From an uncultured Clostridia bacterium (GTDB lineage Bacteria; Bacillota; Clostridia; Christensenellales; UBA1242), in contig CALWTO010000036.1 of NCBI GenBank assembly GCA_944384485.1, positions 1 through 37,163 on the forward strand: a stretch of 37,163 nucleotides of DNA. The letters are read 5' to 3'. Shown in pieces: positions 18,584 to 25,819 of the stretch (positions are counted from its first letter, which is position 1; each line of letters opens with the position of its first letter). Made by a program: the position numbers and the translations under genes. A model generated the notes under the pieces. That model was not told where the DNA came from and made no database searches. It worked only from the letters and a program-made list of their open reading frames with translations.

Positions 18584-18743
18584 CGTTAACTGCCACTAAT
18601 TTTAACACTTTTTTACAATATTTTACAAAATTATACAAAATAAATGTCAAAATAGCGTCATCTTTTAGTCAAATACTGACAAAAAATGACAAAAAAAGAA
18701 AGCAAAAAAATTAACGCAAAAAAGAAAAATTTTAATTAAAAAC

Positions 18744-18772
18744 TTGCAATAGAAAAAAAAATATGCTAGAAT
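18744..18772 (+). promoter_or_regulatory. Promoter for tRNA-Leu(CAA) with an extended -10
   Basis: TTGCAA (18744..18749), 17 nt, TGcTAGAAT (TAGAAT at 18767..18772), 26 nt upstream of the tRNA. Confidence 0.55.
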
Positions 18773-18798
18773 GATATAGCGAAAATAAAAAAAGATAT

Positions 18799-18884
18799 GC
18801 TGGTGTGGCGGAATGGCAGACGCGATGGACTCAAAATCCATTGAGGGCAACTTCATGTGGGTTCGACTCCCACCACCAGCACCA
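18799..18884 (+). tRNA. tRNA-Leu (anticodon CAA)
   Basis: 86-nt class II tRNA with acceptor GCTGGTG/CACCAGC, anticodon loop CTCAAAA, a long variable arm, T-loop GGTTCGACTCC and an encoded CCA. Confidence 0.9.
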
Positions 18885-18911
18885 AAAAAACTCCAAAAAT
18901 GGAGTTTTTTT
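18885..18911 (+). terminator. Rho-independent terminator after tRNA-Leu(CAA)
   Basis: AACTCCA-AAAA-TGGAGTT followed by a T-run. Confidence 0.7.
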
Positions 18912-18969
18912 ATTATACAAAATTTTAACAAATATAATTTCCACATTGAAACGAAGATTATTAAAATTC

Positions 18970-19464
18970 TTAATTTGAACATTGTTTTTTTATAAACTTT
19001 GCAAATTGTATTTTTGATGATGTGCGGAATACGTTGTCTTTGCATAACTCATCAATTTCATCCATTGTTTTCCAAGAAACACTTTCCACTTCTTCCTTTT
19101 GCAATTGAAATTTATATTTTAAAAGATTTTCATCCTCGTAAATGTAAACATCAAATATTGCATGTTCTTTAAAAACATTACCTAAAAATTTTAATTTATT
19201 CTTATCTAAATTTAAATTAAGCTCTTCTTTACATTCCAATACTGCCTGCTGCACGGTTGTGTTCCCACTTGTAACATGACCACCTGTTACAGCGTATTCC
19301 CCACCTTTTTCTTTGCTACATTTTTGAATAAGATATTTATCTTTAGATTTGATCCATATTGTTACCAATTTTATACATTCACCTTCTGCAAGATCCTTAT
19401 TTCCCCTAACTATAATTCTTCCAGTTTTATTACCGTCAAAATCATATACTTCTAATAACTCCAT
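18970..19464 (-). CDS. NUDIX hydrolase
   Basis: 164 aa with Nudix box GGHVTSGNTTVQQAVLECKEELNL (Gx5Ex7-like, REx2EE-like). Strong SD (AGGAGG). Confidence 0.8.
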   Translation of the reverse strand: MELLEVYDFDGNKTGRIIVRGNKDLAEGECIKLVTIWIKSKDKYLIQKCSKEKGGEYAVTGGHVTSGNTTVQQAVLECKEELNLNLDKNKLKFLGNVFKEHAIFDVYIYEDENLLKYKFQLQKEEVESVSWKTMDEIDELCKDNVFRTSSKIQFAKFIKKQCSN

Positions 19465-19556
19465 CTTACCTCCTTCATATAATATATTCTATATTTTCAA
19501 AAAAGTAAATCACATTTTTATTAAATCGTCTAAAAAAAATTATCAAAAATAAAAAA

Positions 19557-19575
19557 ACTGAGTAGATTTCTCAGT
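19557..19575 (-). terminator. Weak terminator after the Spo0A_C-like gene
   Basis: The minus strand reads ACTGAG-AAATCTA-CTCAGT followed by TTTTTTTATTTTT. The stem is only 6 bp. Confidence 0.35.
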
Positions 19576-19603
19576 AAATTGTATGTTGTATCATAATTTG
19601 TAA

Positions 19604-20005
19604 TTAGATAAAATTAAAACTATTTTGTGAATATAACATTGCCCGATATTCCAAATTCAATTTTTCAGCCAACAAACATATGATTTGTTTGACTGAAATA
19701 TCTTCAACATTTTGTCCGCCAAAAACTGAAGTTAAATCATTTTTATCGCAAAGCCTTTTGCATGTATTACACAATATTTTTAATCTCCTTTCAATTTGAC
19801 CTACAGTTACATTATGCACTTTGGCTAATGCTGGGTACAAACTTTTGTTCATATTGTACTTTTTTGTGTTGTCCATCAATATCTGCAAAACACATTCTTT
19901 TAGCAAACAATAGCCTTTAATATTTGGTAGAATTCGTAATTTTATCAATATAGAACTTAATCTTTCTTCATAAAAAACTATTTTCTTTTGTTCTGTATCC
20001 CCCAT
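19604..20005 (-). CDS. Stand-alone Spo0A C-terminal (DNA-binding) domain protein, no receiver domain
   Basis: 133 aa. ILPNIKGYCLLKECVLQILMD...SLYPALAKVHNVTVGQIERRLKILCN...LTSVFGG...ISVKQIICLLAEKLNLEY aligns by eye with B. subtilis Spo0A VPAHIKGYLYLREAI...[25 protein letters not shown]...LFGY...NSEFIAMVADKLRLEH. Strong SD (AGGAGG). Confidence 0.8.
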   Translation of the reverse strand: MGDTEQKKIVFYEERLSSILIKLRILPNIKGYCLLKECVLQILMDNTKKYNMNKSLYPALAKVHNVTVGQIERRLKILCNTCKRLCDKNDLTSVFGGQNVEDISVKQIICLLAEKLNLEYRAMLYSQNSFNFI

Positions 20006-20188
20006 TTATCAACCTCCTGCAAAATTATAATATAAATTATTAAAAATTCAAAACATATTTTTCGATTTTTTTACAAAATTTTAAATATTTTTTCAAAATT
20101 TAATATTTTTTTTAAAATAGAGCAATATTTTTTAAATTTATTTGTATTTTTATTTTATATATAGTATCATAAATAAAAGGAGATAATA

Positions 20189-21022
20189 ATGAAATACAAA
20201 ATTGTAGCAGATGCTTCATGCGATATCCCAGAAGAATATTTAGAAAAATATGATATCTCAATAATTCCTATCGAAGTTGCTTTTGGGGATGAAATTTATC
20301 CAGAAGGTCTTGATAAAAAAGAATTTTATAAGAAGGTTAAAGAAACAAATATAATTCCAAAAACAGCTATGCCAAATGCTTATAAATTTGAAGAATTTTA
20401 CAAAGAATATGCAAACAAAGATGATGTTTTTGTTTTAACACTAGTTATCTCTATGGAGATGAGCCAAACAAAACTTCAAGCACAAATGGCAGCCGAATCT
20501 CTTGGGATGAAAAATGTTTTTATTGAAGAAAGTGGTTGCACAACTGTCGCACAAGGTGCAATAATTTGCGAACTTTGCAAATTCATTGAAAAAGAAAAAA
20601 ATGTAGACAAAATCATTGAAGAATTTTACAGATTAAAAGAAAAATGCAAATTATATGCAATAATAAATGATTTAAAGTATTTAAAAAATAGCGGAAGATT
20701 GTCATCTTCCTCTGCCATCATTGGGTCTATGTTAAATGTAAAACCAATAGTTAGTATAGTTGACGGAAAAGTTGTAAACATAGCAAAATGTATGGGAACC
20801 ATTAAAGCAGAAAACTATTTATTTTCAAAAATAAATTCAATTGATGGAGAACATGATTTTTATTTCATACATTCCGACAACCTCGAAGCTATTGAAAAAT
20901 TACAAGAAAAATATAAGGACAAAATATTACCTAATCAAAAAATCACAAATTGCGAAATTGGTTGCGTAGTAGGTTCACATGTTGGTCCAAAATGTTATGG
21001 TATTGTTTATTTCGAAAAATAA
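20189..21022 (+). CDS. DegV-family fatty-acid-binding protein
   Basis: 277 aa with a typical DegV N-terminus (KIVADASCDIPEEYLEKYDISIIPIEV) and LKYLKNSGRLS. SD AAGGAG. Confidence 0.9.
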   Translation: MKYKIVADASCDIPEEYLEKYDISIIPIEVAFGDEIYPEGLDKKEFYKKVKETNIIPKTAMPNAYKFEEFYKEYANKDDVFVLTLVISMEMSQTKLQAQMAAESLGMKNVFIEESGCTTVAQGAIICELCKFIEKEKNVDKIIEEFYRLKEKCKLYAIINDLKYLKNSGRLSSSSAIIGSMLNVKPIVSIVDGKVVNIAKCMGTIKAENYLFSKINSIDGEHDFYFIHSDNLEAIEKLQEKYKDKILPNQKITNCEIGCVVGSHVGPKCYGIVYFEK

Positions 21023-21025
21023 TAA

Positions 21026-21050
21026 AAAACACACGAAAGTGTGTTTTTTT
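21026..21050 (+). terminator. Rho-independent terminator after degV
   Basis: AAACACAC-GAAA-GTGTGTTT followed by a T-run. Confidence 0.7.
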
Positions 21051-21138
21051 GTAAACTTTTAATAAAAAATTTAATATATAATTACAAACTATAAAAATAG
21101 TAAATTATAAAATAATTTGATTTATTTATAAAAAATAG

Positions 21139-21167
21139 TTGATTTTTTTATAAAAATTTGGTATAGT
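21139..21167 (+). promoter_or_regulatory. Promoter for the tRNA-Gly/Cys(/Leu) cluster with an extended -10
   Basis: TTGATT (21139..21144), 17 nt, TGgTATAGT (TATAGT at 21162..21167). Confidence 0.55.
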
Positions 21168-21217
21168 ATAAACGCAAACCTTACGATAAGCATTTAATGC
21201 TTGGCAAATAAAAGTTT

Positions 21218-21292
21218 GCGGGAGTGGCTCAGTGGTAGAGCGTTGCCTTGCCAAGGCAAATGTCGCGGGTTCGAATCCCGTCTTCCGCTCCA
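21218..21292 (+). tRNA. tRNA-Gly (anticodon GCC)
   Basis: 75 nt, GCGGGAG...CTTCCGCTCCA, with anticodon loop TTGCCAA and T-loop GGTTCGAATCC. Confidence 0.9.
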
Positions 21293-21297
21293 AAAAT

Positions 21298-21372
21298 GGT
21301 ACCATCGCCAAGCGGTAAGGCAAAGGTCTGCAAAACCTTTATTCCCCGGTTCAAATCCGGGTGGTACCTCCA
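21298..21372 (+). tRNA. tRNA-Cys (anticodon GCA)
   Basis: 75 nt, GGTACCA...TGGTACCTCCA, with anticodon loop CTGCAAA and discriminator U73, as expected for tRNA-Cys. It starts 5 nt after tRNA-Gly. Confidence 0.9.
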
Positions 21373-21447
21373 AAAGCGACCTAAACTTTTGTGAGGGGTC
21401 GCAATTTTTAAATGGGCAAGACATCGACAAAAAAGCCCTAAAAATAT

Positions 21448-21533
21448 GCTGGTGTGGCGGAATGGCAGACGCACAGGACTTAAAATCCTGAGGTGGCAAC
21501 ACCGTGTGGGTTCGACTCCCACCACCAGCACCA
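21448..21533 (+). tRNA. tRNA-Leu (anticodon UAA)
   Basis: 86-nt class II tRNA with anticodon loop CTTAAAA. Its acceptor, D and T arms are identical to those of tRNA-Leu(CAA) at 18799. Confidence 0.9.
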
Positions 21534-21537
21534 AAAA

Positions 21538-21559
21538 ATGTAAGCATCATTGCTTACAT
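21538..21559. terminator. Bidirectional terminator shared by the tRNA cluster and the convergent ATPase gene
   Basis: ATGTAAGCA-TCAT-TGCTTACAT with A/T runs on both sides. Confidence 0.6.
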
Positions 21560-21562
21560 TTT

Positions 21563-23251
21563 TTATTTTTTAAACTTTCTACTTTCACTGCAAGTAAAAT
21601 ACAAAATTTGATATGTTTTAGTTAAAAGTTTTATTAACTCTTCTATAGAATTGATTTTACTATCATCAACATTTACAAAACTATCATCTAACACAACAAA
21701 AGGTTTTTCTTTTTTAAAAATGTTTTCAATCATGCTAAATCTTTGACATATAGCTACCAAATCTTGGCTTCCCTTGCTTAAATATTGAATGTTTTTTGCC
21801 CCTATATTGGTAATAATTGAAGCAACAAACTTGCTATCGATATCAATTTTGTCTTTTAATAAAAACTTACTTAAAAACATTTGAAATTTTTCATTGACTG
21901 GATTTACAAATCGTTGGCTTACGTTTTCCCTTGCTTTATTTAAATAATTCGCGGTCAATTTTAACAAATTTATTCTTTTCTCATTTTGCGATATGATTTC
22001 TTCAATATTTTTTTTGTTTTCCTCTAAAAGGAATGTTTCTTCTTTCATTTGATCCAAATCGCCTAATAGTTCATTATATTTTGCCAGCAAAGCATAATAT
22101 TTATTTTCCGTATCTCTTAACAAATCATTGGGCTTATCAAGTATTTTTATATTTAATTCTTGATATTCTTGTAGTTTTGCACTCAAATTCTCTATATCTT
22201 TTTTTAATCTGTTTTCTTCTGCACTATCATAGTCTTCTTTATTACTAATATTGCTTTTCTTAATGAAAAAAACAAAAAATCCAGCAACAGCAAATATTCC
22301 AGCAAAAACATAAGCCATAATATAATTAACAATGGCTGTTACTCCAAGAACGACAAAAAGTATTGCCATTGCAAAACACAATGAAATGGTTAAAAGACTA
22401 AATTTGCCACTATTTTTTTTATCATTTTTTTTATTTTTTGCCAGCAAAATATTGTTTAATTGTAAGTTTTTTTGATTTAATTCTTGTTGTAAGAAATTTT
22501 GTTCGTTGATTTTGTTTATTGTATTTTTTCGTTCATTTTCATCAATCTTATTTTTTAATTCTAACCTCTCTTTCTCCTTTTGCAAACTTGACAAAGTTTC
22601 TTTTAAATCCTTTGCTTTGCTTTCTTTAAGAGATATTGTTACACTCAAATTGTTTAATGATTTTGATATTTGAATTAATTCTGTTTTTTTAGGTGGATTT
22701 GCAACTAATTCTTTTCTTCTTTTTTCAATTAAATTTAATGCTTTATCAACACTTTCAGCATCGTTTTTAAATTTTTCCAAACCTGCCAAATTTGAAACTG
22801 CCTCATCTGTCAAGCCAAACCCTAAAACTGCTTGTCCAAAAAAAGAAGATATGGAGAAAGTTTCTTTGCCTACACCGAACAACTCTTCACCAATATTTTC
22901 TGAAAAATCTTGGGAAATTTGTTTTAAAGTTTCATTGTAAAGTTGAAAAGTGTCTTGCTCTGGAGTCTTGCCAAAAGTTCTATAAATTGTATAAACGTTT
23001 TCTTTTGTTTCAAAAGTTAAATTCCCACCATAAATTCCACCCTGCCAAGGTGAATATTTACTTCTTTCCGCTTCATAATCTTTTTTTCTGCCACTCGCTT
23101 CCAATCCATAAAACATAGAGTTTATAAATGTTGCAAGCGTACTCTTACCCCAACCATTTTCTTCCACAAATTGATTTAGCCCTTCATTAAATTGACAACT
23201 AAAATCAGTTAATTTACCAAAATTCTCAATATGTAATTTCAATATCTTCAT
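21563..23251 (-). CDS. SMC/Rad50-like AAA ATPase of the YhaN (SbcE) type with a central membrane hairpin
   Basis: 562 aa. N-terminus KILKLHIENFGKL...EENGWGKSTLATFI (Walker A), coiled-coil-like K/E/L/N-rich arms, two hydrophobic helices near residues 283-330, C-terminal signature LSKGSQD and Walker B FVVLDDSF. ATGA overlap with the upstream nuclease gene. Confidence 0.7.
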   Translation of the reverse strand: MKILKLHIENFGKLTDFSCQFNEGLNQFVEENGWGKSTLATFINSMFYGLEASGRKKDYEAERSKYSPWQGGIYGGNLTFETKENVYTIYRTFGKTPEQDTFQLYNETLKQISQDFSENIGEELFGVGKETFSISSFFGQAVLGFGLTDEAVSNLAGLEKFKNDAESVDKALNLIEKRRKELVANPPKKTELIQISKSLNNLSVTISLKESKAKDLKETLSSLQKEKERLELKNKIDENERKNTINKINEQNFLQQELNQKNLQLNNILLAKNKKNDKKNSGKFSLLTISLCFAMAILFVVLGVTAIVNYIMAYVFAGIFAVAGFFVFFIKKSNISNKEDYDSAEENRLKKDIENLSAKLQEYQELNIKILDKPNDLLRDTENKYYALLAKYNELLGDLDQMKEETFLLEENKKNIEEIISQNEKRINLLKLTANYLNKARENVSQRFVNPVNEKFQMFLSKFLLKDKIDIDSKFVASIITNIGAKNIQYLSKGSQDLVAICQRFSMIENIFKKEKPFVVLDDSFVNVDDSKINSIEELIKLLTKTYQILYFTCSESRKFKK

Positions 23252-24267
23252 ATCGACAAATCATCTCCTTGCAATGCTTCCAACCCAGTTGTTAAAATTG
23301 AATTTTTTTCATCTTCATTCAAGTTAGCATCTTCAACAAGATTAATAAATTCAGCTTTAAAAGACAGCTTTTCATTTTTAAATTTTTCAAAATTCAGTTT
23401 TAGTTTGCTATTATCTACAAATTCAAAGTAGAAAAAATCTAGCATCAATTGCCTAACTTCTAAAAAATTTAATTTTTCATTTTCTTCATAATAACCTGTA
23501 AAAACTATTCTGTATGCAAAATTTTTATTTTGCTTTAAAATGAAATTTGAAAAATTTGATATAACATCATTCTTATTTTTATAGTTAGATATATTGAATT
23601 GCAATATTTCAAATTGCGTCTGCTCTAAAACATTAAAATTAAATTTAATTTGTTCGTTTTGAATATCAATTTCAACAAATCCTTTTTCACCACATTCATC
23701 AAAACCGTTTGCAAAAAGTGCACCGCTATAAACCAATTTTGCATTTTCAAATTCTTGACAAGAAAAAGAATGTTCATGCCCTAGCGCAATGTAATTAAAT
23801 GGTTTAGAAAAGTTTTTCTGTAAATCTATATAATCATTATCATTTTTATTATAAATTTCACCATGTGCCATTAAAATATTTAATTTGCTAAAATCAAAAT
23901 TTTCATAATCTTCTTGCATGCCCCAAAAATCTATGTTGTCAGTTTTGTAAACATTTTTATTTAAAATTATAAAATTTGATGGATAATCTATAAAATCAAA
24001 TTTTTCATCGTGATTGCCCGCAATATACAAAACTGGTTTGTTAGATTTTTCCACAATTTTAAAAAAACTGTTAATTACTTTTCTTCCAACATTTTTATTA
24101 TGGAATAAATCCCCACAAATCATGATTATATCATAATCTCTACAGAAAAGTTTTTCAAGAATAGTTAAGTGTTCTTGCAATAAGAATCTTTGCTTTTCAG
24201 AACTTAATTTTGGATTCTTTGCACCCAAATGCAAATCAGCACAATGTAAAATTTTTTTAATTTCCAT
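23248..24267 (-). CDS. Calcineurin-like metallophosphoesterase, SbcD/Mre11-like nuclease (YhaO/SbcF type)
   Basis: 339 aa with motifs ILHCADLHLG, CGDLFH, GNHD, MAHG and GHEH in canonical order. Confidence 0.8.
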   Translation of the reverse strand: MEIKKILHCADLHLGAKNPKLSSEKQRFLLQEHLTILEKLFCRDYDIIMICGDLFHNKNVGRKVINSFFKIVEKSNKPVLYIAGNHDEKFDFIDYPSNFIILNKNVYKTDNIDFWGMQEDYENFDFSKLNILMAHGEIYNKNDNDYIDLQKNFSKPFNYIALGHEHSFSCQEFENAKLVYSGALFANGFDECGEKGFVEIDIQNEQIKFNFNVLEQTQFEILQFNISNYKNKNDVISNFSNFILKQNKNFAYRIVFTGYYEENEKLNFLEVRQLMLDFFYFEFVDNSKLKLNFEKFKNEKLSFKAEFINLVEDANLNEDEKNSILTTGLEALQGDDLSI

Positions 24268-24329
24268 AAGTTGATTATATCATATCAATTAAATATTTCA
24301 AAATGAAAAATTTACAAAAAAAGAGGTTT

Positions 24330-25766
24330 TTAAGCCTCTTTTATAACGTTCATTGTTATTTCACTATTTGAATAAATTTTCGATTCAAAATTTCCGCCAT
24401 TTACATACAAAGGATTTGTAAGCATATCTTCATAACCTTCAACTTTGACATTACTTTTTTTCAAATTTCCTTCAAGATCATAAAAATAAACAGTAAACTT
24501 TGAAGTTGAGTAATAATTTAAATTTGTTTTTCCAACATCATTTTTAACAACTAAAGATGTAAGCATCTCTTGTGTGCAATTTACATCTATCGCAGTATTC
24601 TCACCGATTATCGTAATAGTGTTTTCTTGACTTAACAAACTTACATTGATAGATCCCTCACTACTTTCAATCCATGAATCGTTGCCTAAATTTTTTATGT
24701 TTATATCTGCACTATCAGAAGAGATAAAAACTTTTGCTTGTTTTGCATCATCAATATTTATATTGCAATTGTTTGCAAAAGGCAAACTTATAGAACCTTC
24801 TATTGTTCCAATATTTAAATCCATTTTGTCCATTTTATTTACTAAATCATTAGAATCAAATTTGCCTTTAAAATTGGAGATATCAATCTTTGAAGAAACA
24901 GCATCCAAATGAGTGTTTGCATGAATTTTTGTTGAAGAAAAACTTCCATTATTTATATCAAGATTTAAAGTTGCTGATTCAGTATCATAGTTTTCTAAAA
25001 CAATATCATTAAATTTAAAATTTGTTTTGTTTCCAACAATATCTACACTGTTTCCGGATTTTATGGTTAAACTATTTAACGCATTAAATTCGCCACGGCT
25101 TTGATTAATATTTAAAGTTGTGATCGTTGGTTCGAAATACTTACCTAGAGTGATGTTTCCTTCATTTGTTGACAAAACCACATGGTTTATATCAACGCTG
25201 CTTTTGCTTTCATCTAAAGAACTTTTAGTCCCAAGAGCTATATTCCCCGATTGTAAAGAAATATCAATCAGACTTTCTGCATTTACAGTTTCATCTTCGG
25301 GTATCAACAATTGGACATAACAATTATTGTTAAAATACATAAAGCCTTCAGCATTGACAATGTCAATTTTTAGTTGATAATAAGAAGCAGTTATAGGTTT
25401 TTCATATTTTATAGAATATGAAACATCAGTATTTTGATCAGCGTAAGCAAATCCTGTCTGATAATTCTCAATTTTAATAGTAAATTCTTTAACTACTGAA
25501 TCTCGAACAATTTCAACATTTGTCAAATTACCATTAATTAAAATATCTACAGGTTGTGAAAGATCAACTCGTGTTAATGTTCCATCAGTATTAGAAATTT
25601 GTGTGATTAGTTTTTCACTGACATTTGAAAAATATTTATAACCCATTATGTCTAATCCAGGAGAAAAAACCATAATCACTACAAGGACGAAAAAAACAGC
25701 AACTAAAAGCAGTATTAACATTAATAAATAAAACAAAAAGCCTTTTCGCACTTTATTATCTGCCAT
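24330..25766 (-). CDS. N-terminally membrane-anchored, beta-rich extracytoplasmic protein (DUF4097/YvlB-like putative adhesin fold)
   Basis: 478 aa with one N-terminal TM, then repeated short G(N/S)I(A/T/S/N)(L/V) motifs (SGNIALG, EGNITLG, EGSISL, EGSINVS), as in DUF4097 beta-helix proteins. SD AAGGAGG. Confidence 0.45.
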   Translation of the reverse strand: MADNKVRKGFLFYLLMLILLLVAVFFVLVVIMVFSPGLDIMGYKYFSNVSEKLITQISNTDGTLTRVDLSQPVDILINGNLTNVEIVRDSVVKEFTIKIENYQTGFAYADQNTDVSYSIKYEKPITASYYQLKIDIVNAEGFMYFNNNCYVQLLIPEDETVNAESLIDISLQSGNIALGTKSSLDESKSSVDINHVVLSTNEGNITLGKYFEPTITTLNINQSRGEFNALNSLTIKSGNSVDIVGNKTNFKFNDIVLENYDTESATLNLDINNGSFSSTKIHANTHLDAVSSKIDISNFKGKFDSNDLVNKMDKMDLNIGTIEGSISLPFANNCNINIDDAKQAKVFISSDSADINIKNLGNDSWIESSEGSINVSLLSQENTITIIGENTAIDVNCTQEMLTSLVVKNDVGKTNLNYYSTSKFTVYFYDLEGNLKKSNVKVEGYEDMLTNPLYVNGGNFESKIYSNSEITMNVIKEA

Positions 25767-25819
25767 AATTCCTCCTTAAATTTATTATAACACACAAAAA
25801 GTAATTAATCAATATCTTT

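Noticed and set aside
18665-19045. 126-aa ORF (and the 60-aa ORF 18813..18995) overlapping tRNA-Leu(CAA)
   Set aside because: It runs antisense to, or through, a clear tRNA gene, its promoter and its terminator. The FFGAGGGSRTH peptide it shares with ORF 21194..21550 is simply the translated complement of the conserved tRNA-Leu 3' half.
21373-21447. The 75-nt spacer between tRNA-Cys and tRNA-Leu(UAA) as a degraded tRNA pseudogene
   Set aside because: It has no T-loop (GTTCGA/GTTCAA) and no acceptor pairing. It contains only a GCGACC/GGTCGC hairpin (21376..21402) followed by AATTTTTA, more likely a processing or attenuation structure of low significance.
18799-21533. The two tRNA-Leu genes as attL/attR of an integrated element
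   Set aside because: Both are complete tRNAs with different anticodons and variable arms, not a tRNA plus a partial 3' copy. No integrase lies between them, and the interval contains ordinary genes and two other tRNAs.
21126-21550. Four overlapping ORFs (65-118 aa) across the tRNA-Gly/Cys/Leu cluster
   Set aside because: They are translation artefacts of GC-richer tRNA sequence in an AT-rich genome. There are no SDs, and the tRNA cloverleaves fully explain the region.
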